This document shows, piece by piece, positions 8,042 through 17,978 of a stretch of DNA of 64,000 nt. The DNA comes from Vicinamibacterales bacterium. Lineage in GTDB: Bacteria; Acidobacteriota; Vicinamibacteria; Vicinamibacterales; JAMQPK01. Within the stretch, counting starts at the first letter, position 1. Each line of letters starts with the position of its first letter. Position numbers and translations under genes: made by a program. Below the pieces are notes generated by a model that was given only the letters and a program-made list of their open reading frames with translations, made no database searches and was not told the DNA's origin. The stretch covers positions 191,128 to 255,127 of the forward strand of contig CAWKMQ010000018.1 in the NCBI GenBank assembly GCA_963850725.1. The letters are read 5' to 3'.

Positions 8042-9644
8042 GTGAAGCGAACGATTGCACTTGCATGCGTATTTGTGGCGGGGTTGGTGATGGTCCGGCT
8101 GAAGCCGGACACGACGTACGCGCAGGGCGCCCCGTACGATCTCATCATCCGCAACGGGCGGATTATCGACGGAACCGGGAGCCCGTGGTATCGCGGCGAT
8201 GTCGCCGTGCGCGGCGATACCATCGCGCAGGTCGCGTCGTCGATTTCCGAACCCGCGACACGCGTGATCGACGCGGGCGGCCAGATCGTCTCGCCCGGCT
8301 TCATCGACATTCACAACCACGGCCGCGAAAACATCTTCAAGGTTCCGACGGCCGACAACTACATCAGGCAGGGCGTCACGACCATCATCGAGGGACCCGA
8401 CGGCGGATCCGTCGTGCCGCTCGGTCCGTTTTTCGACAAGCTCGAGGCGCTGCAGAAGTCGATCAACATCGGTTCGTTCGTCGGCCAGGGCTCGGTGCGC
8501 GAGGCGGTCCTCGGACGCGCGAACCGCCGGCCGACGCCCGCCGAGCTCGACAAGATGCGCGGCCTGGTCGAGGAAGGGATGAAAGCCGGCGCCTTCGGCA
8601 TGAGCACGGGCCTGTTCTACGTCCCCGGCGCCTTCACGCCCATCGAGGAAGTGATCGAGCTCGCCAAGGTTGCGGCCAAATACGGCGGCATCCACATCTC
8701 TCACATGCGCGACGAGGCCTTCGGCGTCATCGACAGCGTGAAAGAGACCATCCGCATCGGCGAGGAAGGCGGCCTGCCGACGCAGATCACGCATCACAAG
8801 ATCGTGGGACCGGCCAACTACGGCAAGAGCGTCGAGACGCTGAAGCTGCTCGAGGCCGCGCGCGTCCGCGGCGTCGACACGACGAGCGATCAGTATCCGT
8901 ACACGGCGTCGAGCAACGCGTTTGTGGCGTCGATGGTCCCGCAGTGGGCGCAGGAAGGCGGGCGCGAGCAGATGCTCGCGCGCCTCAAGAATCCCTCGTC
9001 GCGCAAGGAAATCGCGGCCGAGACGGTCCGGATCATCAAGGAAGAGCGCGGCGGCGGCGATCCCAAGAACGTGTTCCTCGCGCATTGTGACTTCGATGCC
9101 GCGATGGCGGGCAAGAACCTCGCGGATGTGGCGAAGATGCGCGGCCTCGAGCCGACCATCGAGAACGGCGCCGAAGCCGCGCTGTGGATCGTCGAGCAGG
9201 GCAACTGCCAGGGCGTGTATCACGCCATGGCGGAGCAGGATCTCGAGCGCATCATGCGGCATCCGGCTACGATGGTGGCGTCCGACGGCTGGGTGCAGGT
9301 GTTCAACGAGGGCGTGCCGCATCCGAGAAGCTACGGCACGTTTGCGCGCGTGCTTGGCGTCTACGTGCGCGAGCGCAACGTGATCACGCTCGAAGACGCG
9401 ATCAGGAGGATGACGTCGTTTCCGGCGCAGCGCATCCGGGTGAACGATCGCGGTATCTTGCGTCCGGGCATGAAGGCCGACATCGTCGTCTTCGATCCCG
9501 GCGCGCGTGCGCGACATGGCGACGTTCGAAAAGCCGCATCAATATGCGGAAGGGTTTTCGTCGGTGATCGTCAACGGACAGCTCGTGTTCGACGGAAAAG
9601 CCATGACGTCGGCGCGACCGGGAAGGTCGTTCGCGAGACACTGA
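8042..9644 (+). pseudogene. N-acyl-D-amino-acid deacylase (D-aminoacylase) family amidohydrolase, one frame change near the 3' end
   Basis: GTG start after the RBS GGAGGAG. Motifs YDLIIRNGRIIDGTG and SPGFIDIHNHG. After ...DIVVFDP an indel near 9505 moves the conserved tail (VRDMATFEKPHQYAEGFSSVIVNGQLVFDGK..) to another frame. The reconstructed stop is 9642-9644, whereas the track ORF runs on to 9712. Confidence 0.85.
8094..8120. repeat. REP-like palindromic element, single hairpin copy inside the predicted N-terminus of the D-aminoacylase
   Basis: gtccggctgaagccggac + acgacgtacg. The 7-bp stem GTCCGGC/GCCGGAC has a 4-nt loop. In frame it reads ..VRLKPDTTY.. The same element occurs at 26124, 45971 and 54978. 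Confidence 0.8.
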
Positions 9645-9708
9645 ACTCGCAGATTAGGAGATTGGTCAGATTGAGACTACTCGATTCTGTAGATTGTCAG
9701 GAGGGCAT

Positions 9709-11883
9709 ATGAGGAGGTTGCATCTGGCGTGGGTATTCGTCGCCGTCGTTGGCATCGTGCTGCTCTTCGCCTCTCGCAGTCCGATGAGCGCCGCAGGCAG
9801 GGCGCGGCCATTCCCGTGGACAACGACGATCTCGGCGGCACGGTGACCGGGCCGAAGGGGCCCGAAGCCGGCGTCTGGGTCATCGCCGAGACCACCGACC
9901 TGCCGACGAAGTTCGCGAAGATCGTCGTCACCGACGATCGCGGGCGGTATCTCATTCCCGATCATGCCCAAGGCGAACTACACCGTGTGGGTGCGGGGCT
10001 ACGGGCTGGTCGATTCGCCGAAAACACAGTCGGTGCCCGGCAAGGTCGTGGACCTGAAAGCGGTGGCCGCGCCGAACCCTCACGCCGCCGCGCAGTACTA
10101 CCCGGCCGGCTACTGGCTGTCGCTGATGAAGGTGCCCGACAAGAGCGAGTTCCCGGGCACTGGCGAGACCGGCAACGGCATCGCGACAGGCATGCGGAAT
10201 CAGGCGATGTGGCTGCGCAGCCTGAAGTCGGGTGGCTGCACGGCGTGCCACGCGTTCGGCAACAAGGCGATGCGGGAGATTCCGAAAGAGCTCGGCACGT
10301 TCCCGAACTCGGCAGCGGCGTGGGATCGGCGCGTTCAGTCCGGCCAGGCGGGCGGTGCGGATGAGCAACGGCCTCAACGCGTTCGGCCGGCGCCGCGTGC
10401 TCGAGATGTTCGCCGACTGGACCGATCGCATCGCCGCGGGCGAAGTGCCTCCGGCGCCGCCGCGTCCGCGCGGCATCGAGCGCAACATCGTCATCACGCA
10501 GTGGGACTGGGCCGATCCGAAGTCGTACCTGCACGATTCGGTGTCGACCGATCGCCGCAATCCGCGGCTGAATCCGTACGGCCCGCTCTATGGCTCGCTC
10601 GAGCTGAGCTCCGACTACGTGCCGGTGCTGGATCCGGTGAAGACACACGGTCAGCCGGGTTCCGCTGACCGTGCGCGATCCGAACACGCCGCCGACCAGC
10701 CCGAAGATGCCGGCGAGCCTCGCCGTACTGGGGCGACGAGGTGATCTGGACGAGCAAGAACAACGTGCACAACCCGATGCTCGACGAGAAGAGACCGGCT
10801 GTGGCTGACCTCGGCCGTGACGCCGTTCGACAATCCGGCGTTCTGCAAGGCAGGGGTCGACGCATCCGTCGGCGAAGGCGTTTCCGCTCGACAGCGCGAG
10901 CCGGCATCTGCAGATGTACGACCCGCAGACCAAGAAGCTGACGCACATCAGAACGTGCTACGCCACGCATCACCTGATGTTTGCCGAAGACGCGAATCGC
11001 ACGCTGTGGACGAGCGGCGGCGGTCCCGTGATCGGCTGGCTCAACACGAAGATGTTCGACGAGACCGGCGACGAGGTGGCGTCGCAGGGATGGACGCCGC
11101 TGATCGTCGACACCAACGGCAACGGCCGGCGCGACGCCTGGACCGAGCCGAACCAGCCGGCCGATCCGACGAAGGATCGCCGCATCAACTCGCCGTTCTA
11201 CGCGGCGTCGCCCGCCGCCGACGGATCGATCTGGGGCACGGCGCTCGGTTTCCCTGGCGCGATCATGCGCGTCGTGCCGGGATCGAATCCTTCCGAGACA
11301 GCGCTGACCGAAATCTACGAGCTGCCGGCGGTCACCGATCCGAAGGCCGACGTGCGCGGCTTCTCGCCGCGCGGCGGCGACGTCGATCGCAACGGCGTGT
11401 TCTGGGCGGCGCTCTCCAGCGGGCACATGGCGAGCTTCGATCGCCGCAAGTGCAAGGCGCCGCTGAACGGTCCGAAAGCCACCGGCCAGCACTGCCCGGA
11501 AGGCTGGACGTTCTATGCCGAGCCGCTGCCGCAGTTCAAGGGCGTCACCGACGACGGCAGCGTCGAAGGGCAGCTATTACACCTGGGTCGATCAGTTCAA
11601 CACGTCGGGTCTCGGCGCGAACACGCCGATCAACACCGGCAACGCGTCCGAGGGCTGCTCGCGCTGAACAACGGCAACTGGGTCGTGATGCGCGTGCCGT
11701 ATCCGCTGGGCTTCTACACCAAGTGGATGGACGGACGCATCGACGATCGAGAAGGCCGGATGGAAGGGGCGAGGGCTCTGGGCGACCATCAGCACGCGCG
11801 CGCCGTTCCACATGGAAACAGGGAAGGGCACGACGAGCAAGGTGATGCACTTCCAGGTCCGGCCCGATCCGCTCGCGAAGTGA
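9709..11883 (+). pseudogene. Exported CarboxypepD_reg-like / monohaem cytochrome c / beta-propeller-like protein, about 10 frame changes
   Basis: RBS AGGAGG with ATG at 9709. Pieces lie in track ORFs 9729, 9964, 10232, 10741, 10817, 10914 and in unlisted frames. Segment VWVIAETTDLPTKFAKIVVTDDRGRYLIPD..YTVWVRGYG. CxxCH (CTACH) at 10237-10251. Reconstructed end ..MHFQVRPDPLAK, stop at 11881-11883. Confidence 0.7.
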
Positions 11884-11893
11884 GGCGGATTGA

Positions 11894-11958
11894 ACAGGAG
11901 ACTAGGAGATCAGGAGAATCTTTTCGAAAAGAATTCTCTGAGTCTCCTGATCTCTTGT
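11894..11958. repeat. Word-array hairpin (GGAGAYYAGG word), possible terminator
   Basis: acaggagactaggagatcaggagaatcttttc | gaaaagaattctctgagtctcctgatctcttgt. The central palindrome tcttttcgaaaaga is perfect. About 33 positions pair with a few mismatches. It sits 11 nt after the stop at 11883. The same word occurs at 62205..62333. Confidence 0.7.
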
Positions 11959-11964
11959 AAAACG

Positions 11965-12486
11965 ATGATCGACGATTCGGGACGCTCGGATCGAGGATGC
12001 CGAAGACATGGTGGGCATCCTGAATCCGATCATCGCGGCGAGGATCTACACGGCCCTCGATACGCCAGTTTTCCGTCGACGCAGCAGCGCGAGTTCATCC
12101 GCACGCTTTCCGCGACGCGGGATTTTTCTCGTCGCGGTCGACGCCGGCTCGAACCGCGTCGTCGGCCTGCAGGACGTCTCGCCGTTCGGCGATTTCACGC
12201 CCGCCTTCGATCATGTCGGCGTCATCGGCACGTTCGTCGACCTGAGCCGCCGCCGCCAGGGCATCGCCTCGCGGCTTGTTCGCGGCGACCTTCGATGCCG
12301 CGCCGAAGAAGGGCTACGAGAAGTTCTTCACCTACGTGCGGGCCGACAACACGGCGGCGCTCCAGACCTACCTCCGCCAGGGCTTCCGCGTCGTCGGGAC
12401 AGGCCGAGCGCCACGCCAAAATCGACGGCCGGTATATCGACGAGATCATGATCGAAAAGTTCCTCCAGGCGCCTGGACAGGGCTGA
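11965..12486 (+). pseudogene. GNAT family N-acetyltransferase, at least 4 frame changes
   Basis: Reconstructed from ORFs 11890 (frame 1), 12008 (frame 2) and 12276 (frame 3): ..MVGILNPIIAARIYTALDTP..VAVDAGSNRVVGLQDVSPFG..RRRQGIASRL..KKGYEKFFTYVRADNTAALQTYLRQGFRVVGT..IDGRYIDEIMIEKFL. Confidence 0.7.
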
Positions 12487-12550
12487 AGCCCTGTGCCACC
12501 AGGGTGTGCGCTGCAGCCCTGTGCCACCAGTGGCGCGACTATCGACTACA

Positions 12551-13008
12551 ATGACGCACGCCATGGACTGGTGGCACTGGCTGGTCATCGGCTTCATCCT
12601 CGTCGCCCTCGAGATGGCGGCGTCGGGCGGCTTTTACGTCATTTTCTTCGGCATCGCCGCCCTGGCGATCGCCGGTCTGCACGTCGCTCGACTGGGCCGG
12701 GCCCGTCTGGGTGCAGCTGGTGCTGTTCTCGCCGATATCGGTCGGCTCGCTGCTGTTCTTCCGCGGCCCGCTGCTGAGATGGATGAAGCTCGACCAGCCG
12801 GGCCAGGACGTCGACTCCCTGGTGGGAGACATTGCCGATGCCGCTCGAAGACATCCCCGCCGGCGCGGTCGGCCGGGCCGAGCTGCGGGGCACGGTCTGG
12901 TCGGCGCGCAATCAGGATGCGGCGACGCTTGCGCGCGGGCAGCGGTGCAAGGTCGTCGAGGTTGACCGTCTCATGATTTTCCTCAAACCAGAAAGCGAGC
13001 GCCCATGA
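12551..13008 (+). pseudogene. NfeD-family membrane protein (short form), 2-3 frame changes
   Basis: MTHAMDWWHWLVIGFILVALEMAASGGFYVIFFGIAALA (frame 2), then VQLVLFSPISVGSLLFFRGPLLRWM (frame 3), then a C-terminal OB-like part ..GRAELRGTVWSARN..GQRCKVVEVDRLMIFLKPE (frame 1). The stop overlaps the SPFH start (ATGA at 13005). Confidence 0.7.
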
Positions 13009-13979
13009 CCGGTGGTCTTCTTGCGTTGCTCATTCTCACGTTCCTCGTGCTCGTCATCATCGCGAAGACGGCGATCGTCGTGCCGCAGCAGAGCGCGTAC
13101 GTCGTCGAGCGGCTGGGACGTTTCACGGCGATTCTCAACGCCGGCTTCCACGTGCTGCTGCCGTTCGTCGACGTGATCCGCTACCGCCATTCGCTGAAGG
13201 AAATCGCCGTCGACATCCCGGCGCAGGTCTGCATCACGCGCGACAACGTGCAGGTCGGCGTCGACGGGGTCCTCTACCTGAAGGTGCTGAACCCGGAGCG
13301 CGCGTCATACGGCATCTCGGACTACATGTTCGCGATCAGCCAGCTCGCGCAGACGACGCTGCGCAGCGAGGTCGGCAAGATCGACCTCGACCGCACGTTC
13401 GAGGAGCGCACGAACATCAACACGCAGGTGGTCAGCGAGCTCGACAAGGCATCCGAAGCGTGGGGCGTGAAAGTGCTTCGCTACGAAATCAAGAACATCA
13501 CGCCGCCGGCGGATATCCTCGCGGCGATGGAGAAGCAGATGCGCGCCGAGCGGGAGAAGCGCGCGGTGATTCTCACCTCCGAAGGCACGCGCGACGCGGC
13601 GATCAATACGGCGGAGGGCGTGAAGCAGGAAGTGATCAAGCAGTCGGAGGCCCGCAGGCTGCAGCAGATTAACGAGGCCGAAGGGCAGGCCGCGGCGATT
13701 ACGTCTGTCGCCACCGCGACGGCCGCGGGCATCCGCAGCGTGGCCGAGGCGATCAGGCTTCCCGGAGGTCAGGAAGCCGTGCAGCTTCGTGTGGCCGAGC
13801 AGTACATCGGCCAGTTCGGCGAGATTGCCAAAAAGGGCAACACCATCGTGCTGCCGGCGAACGTCGCGGACGTCGGATCGATGATCGCGCTCGCCATGAA
13901 AATGACGGGACGGAGTCCGGAGAGTCCTAGAGTCCTAAGAGTCGGCTGGGAGTCGGGAGAGTCTGAGAGTCAGAGATGA
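13005..13979 (+). CDS. SPFH/Band 7 (stomatin-like) protein
   Basis: Intact 324-aa ORF with an N-terminal TM helix. SPFH core VVPQQSAYVVERLGRF...LRYEIKNITPP, then a coiled-coil A/E/Q-rich region. The last ~20 codons (..SPESPRVLRVGWESGESESQR) are encoded by the GAGTC array. Confidence 0.9.
   Translation: MTGGLLALLILTFLVLVIIAKTAIVVPQQSAYVVERLGRFTAILNAGFHVLLPFVDVIRYRHSLKEIAVDIPAQVCITRDNVQVGVDGVLYLKVLNPERASYGISDYMFAISQLAQTTLRSEVGKIDLDRTFEERTNINTQVVSELDKASEAWGVKVLRYEIKNITPPADILAAMEKQMRAEREKRAVILTSEGTRDAAINTAEGVKQEVIKQSEARRLQQINEAEGQAAAITSVATATAAGIRSVAEAIRLPGGQEAVQLRVAEQYIGQFGEIAKKGNTIVLPANVADVGSMIALAMKMTGRSPESPRVLRVGWESGESESQR
13912..13971. repeat. GAGTC word array (7 exact GAGTC in about 60 bp)
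   Basis: cggagtc/cggagagtc/ctagagtc/ctaagagtc/ggctgggagtc/gggagagtc/tgagagtc. It lies inside the 3' end of the SPFH ORF and abuts the ATG of the M28 gene (13976). Confidence 0.85.
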
Positions 13980-15559
13980 AAGCCAGAGTCGTCTTGATTC
14001 TGCTGGCGGCTGTGTTCGTGTCGTTGAGCGCCGAGGAGCGCATCGACCTCGACGTCTACGGCAGGATTCGACAGGAAGCGACGACGCACTCGCAGATTCT
14101 GCGGACGACGCACGTGCTGACCGATCGATACGGGCCGCGTCTCACTGGATCGCCGAACCTGAAGGCGGCGGGAGAGTGGGCCGTCGCGCAGCTTGAATCG
14201 TGGGGGCTGCAGAACGGCCGGATGGAGCCCTGGAACTGGAGCTATCCGGGCTGGCTCAACGAGCGGTTGTCGGCGCACATCATTTCGCCCGTCAAAGATC
14301 ATCTGGTTGCCGAAGCGCTGGCCTGGACGCCGGGCACCGATGGCCGCGTGAAGGGGACGGCCGTCCAGATCACGCTTCCGAACCCGTCCGACGAAAGACG
14401 AGCTCGCCAGACACCTCGACGGTCTGCGCAACACCGTCCGAGGACGAATCGTGCTGGTCGGCGCGCATCGGTCGTGCCGGTGACGTTCAACGACATGGAC
14501 GAGCGCTACGATGACAGCGAAGTGATTCAGCGGCTCAACGCGCCAGCCCGTGGCGGCGGACCTGGCCCGCAGAACGGTCCCCAGAATACGCAGCCGGCGC
14601 GCGGGCCGATGGCGCCGCTGACCAACGCCCAGCTCACCGCGCAGGTGTACGAGTTCCTGCAATCGAGCGGCGCGCTCGTGCGCGTGAACGATGCGGGCCG
14701 CGATCACGGGATGATCCGCGCCTTCGCGAACAACACCTACGATACCGGCAAGGCGATCCCGACCGTCGTGCTGCGCAACGAAGACTACGGCCGCATCTCA
14801 CGGCTGCTCGCGGACAAGCAGAACGTCGAGCTCGAATTCGACATCGTGAACCGGACGTATCCGGAAGGCCGAACCAGTTACAACGCCATTGCGGAGATTC
14901 CCGGCACGACCGACGAAGTCGTGATGCTGGGCGGACACCTCGACTCGTGGCACGCCGCAACCGGCGCCACCGACAACGCCGTCGGATGCGCGGTCGTCAT
15001 GGAAGCCGCACGCATCCTGAAGGCGATCGGCGTCAAGCCGCGGCGGACGATTCGCGTCGCATTGTGGAGCGGCGAAGAGCAGGGCCTGCGCGGGTCGCGC
15101 GCGTACGTCCGCGAGCACTTCGGTTCGTTCGAAGAGCCGAAAGAGGCGTTCGGCAAGTTCGGCGGCTATGTCAACTTCGACGACGGGACCGGCCGGCCGC
15201 GCTACATGAGCGTGTTCGGCCCGGAGTCCGCGGCGGCCGTGCTGCGCGAGGCGCTCGCACCGTTGAAAGACCTCGGCGTGCTCGGCGCGAACACCATCGT
15301 CCGCCGCCAGGGCTTCAGCAGCGATTACGGCGCGTTCAACGAAGCCGGGCTCCCGGGTATTTACATCGGGCAGGATCCGATCGAGTACAACAACTACACG
15401 TGGCACAGCAATCTCGACACCTACGAACGCATCGTGGAAGAAGACGTGATGAAGTCGGCGATCGTGATCGCCGCAACCGTCTACCATCTCGCCACCCGCG
15501 ATGAGCTGCTGCCGAGGCTTTCGAAGGGCGACATGCCGAAACGCGCGAACACGCGATGA
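13976..15559 (+). CDS. M28 family metallopeptidase (aminopeptidase) with PA-like insert, exported
   Basis: 527-aa ORF overlapping the SPFH stop (ATGA). Motif VMLGGHLDSWHAATGATDNAVGCAVVMEAARIL...ALWSGEEQGLRGSRAYV. A compensating pair of indels (about 14393 and about 14468) hides a segment that reads KDELARHLDGLRNTVRGRIVLVGAHR in another frame. Confidence 0.85.
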   Translation: MKARVVLILLAAVFVSLSAEERIDLDVYGRIRQEATTHSQILRTTHVLTDRYGPRLTGSPNLKAAGEWAVAQLESWGLQNGRMEPWNWSYPGWLNERLSAHIISPVKDHLVAEALAWTPGTDGRVKGTAVQITLPNPSDERRARQTPRRSAQHRPRTNRAGRRASVVPVTFNDMDERYDDSEVIQRLNAPARGGGPGPQNGPQNTQPARGPMAPLTNAQLTAQVYEFLQSSGALVRVNDAGRDHGMIRAFANNTYDTGKAIPTVVLRNEDYGRISRLLADKQNVELEFDIVNRTYPEGRTSYNAIAEIPGTTDEVVMLGGHLDSWHAATGATDNAVGCAVVMEAARILKAIGVKPRRTIRVALWSGEEQGLRGSRAYVREHFGSFEEPKEAFGKFGGYVNFDDGTGRPRYMSVFGPESAAAVLREALAPLKDLGVLGANTIVRRQGFSSDYGAFNEAGLPGIYIGQDPIEYNNYTWHSNLDTYERIVEEDVMKSAIVIAATVYHLATRDELLPRLSKGDMPKRANTR

Positions 15560-16085
15560 GCTCAGGCGTGCGGCAGCTCGTCGCGATCATCGATCAGGCG
15601 TACAACAAACCTTCCTGGCACGGCACGAACCTTCGTGGCGCCGTCCGGCGCGTCACCGCCAGGCAGGCCGCGTGGCGGCCGTCTCCACGCCGTCACAACA
15701 TCTGGGAGCTCGTCGTCCATGCCGCGTACTGGAAGTACGCCGCGACGAGGCGCTTCACGGACGCCGCGCGGGGATCGTTTCCGCCTCCGAGTGGCTCGCG
15801 AGGCGTCCCGAGCGAAGTCGAGCGGCGCACAAGGGATCGAACTGGTTCCGGCGGCCGATCGACGCCGCGCACGCCGGCGACAAGGCATGGCGGGCCGATC
15901 TCGAACTGCTCGACGAGATGCACGCAAGGCTGCGGGTCGCCGTGATGCGGCTGTCGCCGCGCGATCTCGCGCGCACACCGGCCGGCCGGAAAGTCAGCAA
16001 CTTCGCCCTCCTTTCCGGCGTGGCGGCGCACGACCTCTATCACGCCGGCCAGATTCAGTTGTTGAAGCGGCTCGGGTCGCTTTAG
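15556..16085 (+). pseudogene. DinB-superfamily protein, 1-2 frame changes
   Basis: N-terminal part in ORF 15556..15945 (..IIDQAYNKPSWHGTNLRGA..NIWELVVHAAYWKY). C-terminal part in ORF 15501..16085 (..LELLDEMHARLRVAVMRLS..LLSGVAAHDLYHAGQIQLLKRL). The start overlaps the M28 stop (ATGA). Confidence 0.7.
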
Positions 16086-16130
16086 CGGTAAACTAGGCCG
16101 GTTTTCCGCATTCATTCAAGAGGTAGCGAC

Positions 16131-17932
16131 ATGAGAACACGTGTTTGCGCCGTGATTCTTTTTCTTCGCCATGGCGGCCGGTGCCGTCAACTTTGCTCAA
16201 CAGGGTGGGCGGGGCGGGCGCAGGAGGCGCGCCACAGCAACCGCCGCCGGTACCCTCCGTGTCGAAGAGGCCCAACGGTGGCGGTCTTGCGACGATTCGG
16301 ATGGGTGCCCCCGATAACAGCATGTGGTTCGGCTGGCGTGTGGCAATGCCCACCGCGGCGGTGAAAGGGATGACGTTCTCCGACGCGCTCGCGAAGGCAG
16401 ACGTGATCCCCTTCTCCTCCGTTGAAGCCTCGAGCACGCAGATCACCAGCTTCGAAGTGCCGAAGCCGCTCGACCAGCGCCTTCAGGCAAACGAGCGTGC
16501 CGCGGTCGTCTATCGTCTTCGCGAGCTTGCCGAGTCGATCGCGGCGTATCGTGTCGACAGCATCGGGACCGATTCCGCCATGCGGCGGCGGGTGTTCGAG
16601 TTCGCCAGGTCGATCAACGTGCCGCTCCTCATCACGAGCGCAGATGCAGCGAATCTCGCCGAGCTCGACAAGCTTGCGCAGGAGTTCGAGATCAACGTCG
16701 CGCTCGAGAGCAAGGGCGATCCGAAGACCGTGATGGCCGCGCTCGAAGGCCGCAGCAAACGACTGGGCGTCAGCGCGCATCTCGGCGGATGGGCACAGGC
16801 CGGCATCAAAGCCGTGAATGGCCTTGCGCTCGTCAAGGACAGGCTGCTGCACGTGACGGCCTCCGATCGGAGCGCGCCTGGCGCGCGTGGCCGCGTGGTG
16901 CCGCTGGGCGAGGGTGCGGCGGGAGTCGCCGATTTCTTTCTGGCGGCCTACGAGGGGGGCATCACGTCGCTGACCGTCACCGTGGAGTCGACCGGCGCGA
17001 CCGAAGCCGACATGATGAAGAACGTCAACGCGTTCGAACGCGTGATGTGGCCGGCGATGTCGGCACGCGTCAACGCCATGCTGAAAACTCCCGCCGGCCA
17101 GATTCGCGGCGGCGATCGCCTCGACGCGGCGATGCGCGCGGAGATTGACGCGGCGATTCCCCGCCAGGCGCCGGCGAAGCCGGCGAAACCGCGCAAGCTG
17201 CTCGTCACCGATATCCAGATGTACTCCGGTCACAGCACGATTCCGCACGGCAACTACATGATCGAGCTGATGGCGAAGTACACCGGCGCGTTCGACGCGA
17301 CCTTCAGCAACGATCCGGCGATGCTGAAATATCCGAAGATCAAGGAGTTCGACGCCGTCTTCTTCAACAACGTGTGCGGGATGGTGCACAACGATCCCGA
17401 GGTGCGCGAAAGCCTGTTGCGCTACATTCGCGAAGGCGGGGGCCTTGGCGGCAACCACGCCGTGACCTACGCCAATCTGAACTGGCCGGAATTTGCCGAC
17501 ATGATGGGCGGCTGGGCGGGGCAGCACCGTGTCGAGGAGCAGGTCCTCAAGATCGAAGACCCGAACAGCCCGCTCATGAAGCCGTTCGGCAGCGAGCCGT
17601 TTACGCACACCGACGAGTTCTATATCTTCCCGCCCTACTCGCCGTACTCGCGGGAGAAGCAGCACGTGCTGATGAGCATCGACGTCGAAAAATCGGATCG
17701 CGGATTTGGCGGGCGTTTCAGCGAGCTCAGCACACGCCCCGATCAGGACTACGGGGTCGCGTGGGTAAAGGGGTACGGAAAAGGGCGCACGTACTTCACG
17801 CCGCTGGGGCACACGAAGATCATGTACACGGATAAGCGCTGGACGGGCCACCTGCTGGCCGCGATTCAGTACATCCTCGGCGATTTACCGACGGACGAGA
17901 CACCGAGCGCGAAGGCGAGGAAGACGAACTGA
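16131..17932 (+). pseudogene. Fusion protein: xylose-isomerase-like TIM barrel + ThuA (trehalose-utilisation-like) domain; indels in the signal-peptide region
   Basis: The body is intact in track ORF 16145..17932. ThuA part: LLVTDIQMYSGHSTIPHGN...YGVAWVKGYGKGRTYFTPLGH. The likely true start is ATG 16131 (RBS AAGAGG; MRTRVCAVILF..AMAAGAVNFAQQ), which needs frame changes within 16160-16230. Confidence 0.75.
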
Positions 17933-17971
17933 ATTGGCAGATTCGCAGATTGGCAGATTGGGAGATTACGG
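17933..17971. repeat. Word array, core CAGATT(G/C)
   Basis: attggcagattcgcagattggcagattgggagattacgg fills the 46-nt spacer between the stop at 17932 and the start at 17979. The same word occurs at 58973..59045. Confidence 0.75.
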
Positions 17972-17978
17972 GACGCTC

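Noticed and set aside
6499-9517. Long minus-strand ORFs 6499..8310 (603 aa) and 7781..9517 (578 aa)
   Set aside because: They lie antisense to well-supported acylase and D-aminoacylase genes. Their composition is Arg/Ala/Gly/Pro-rich and low-complexity, typical of shadow ORFs in GC-rich DNA. They have no recognisable motifs.
16187-17851. Minus-strand ORF of 554 aa
   Set aside because: It is an antisense shadow of the TIM-barrel/ThuA gene. The same reasoning applies to 20331..22052, 22236..23309, 28813..29808, 34699..35832, 39998..40927 and 59075..60475.
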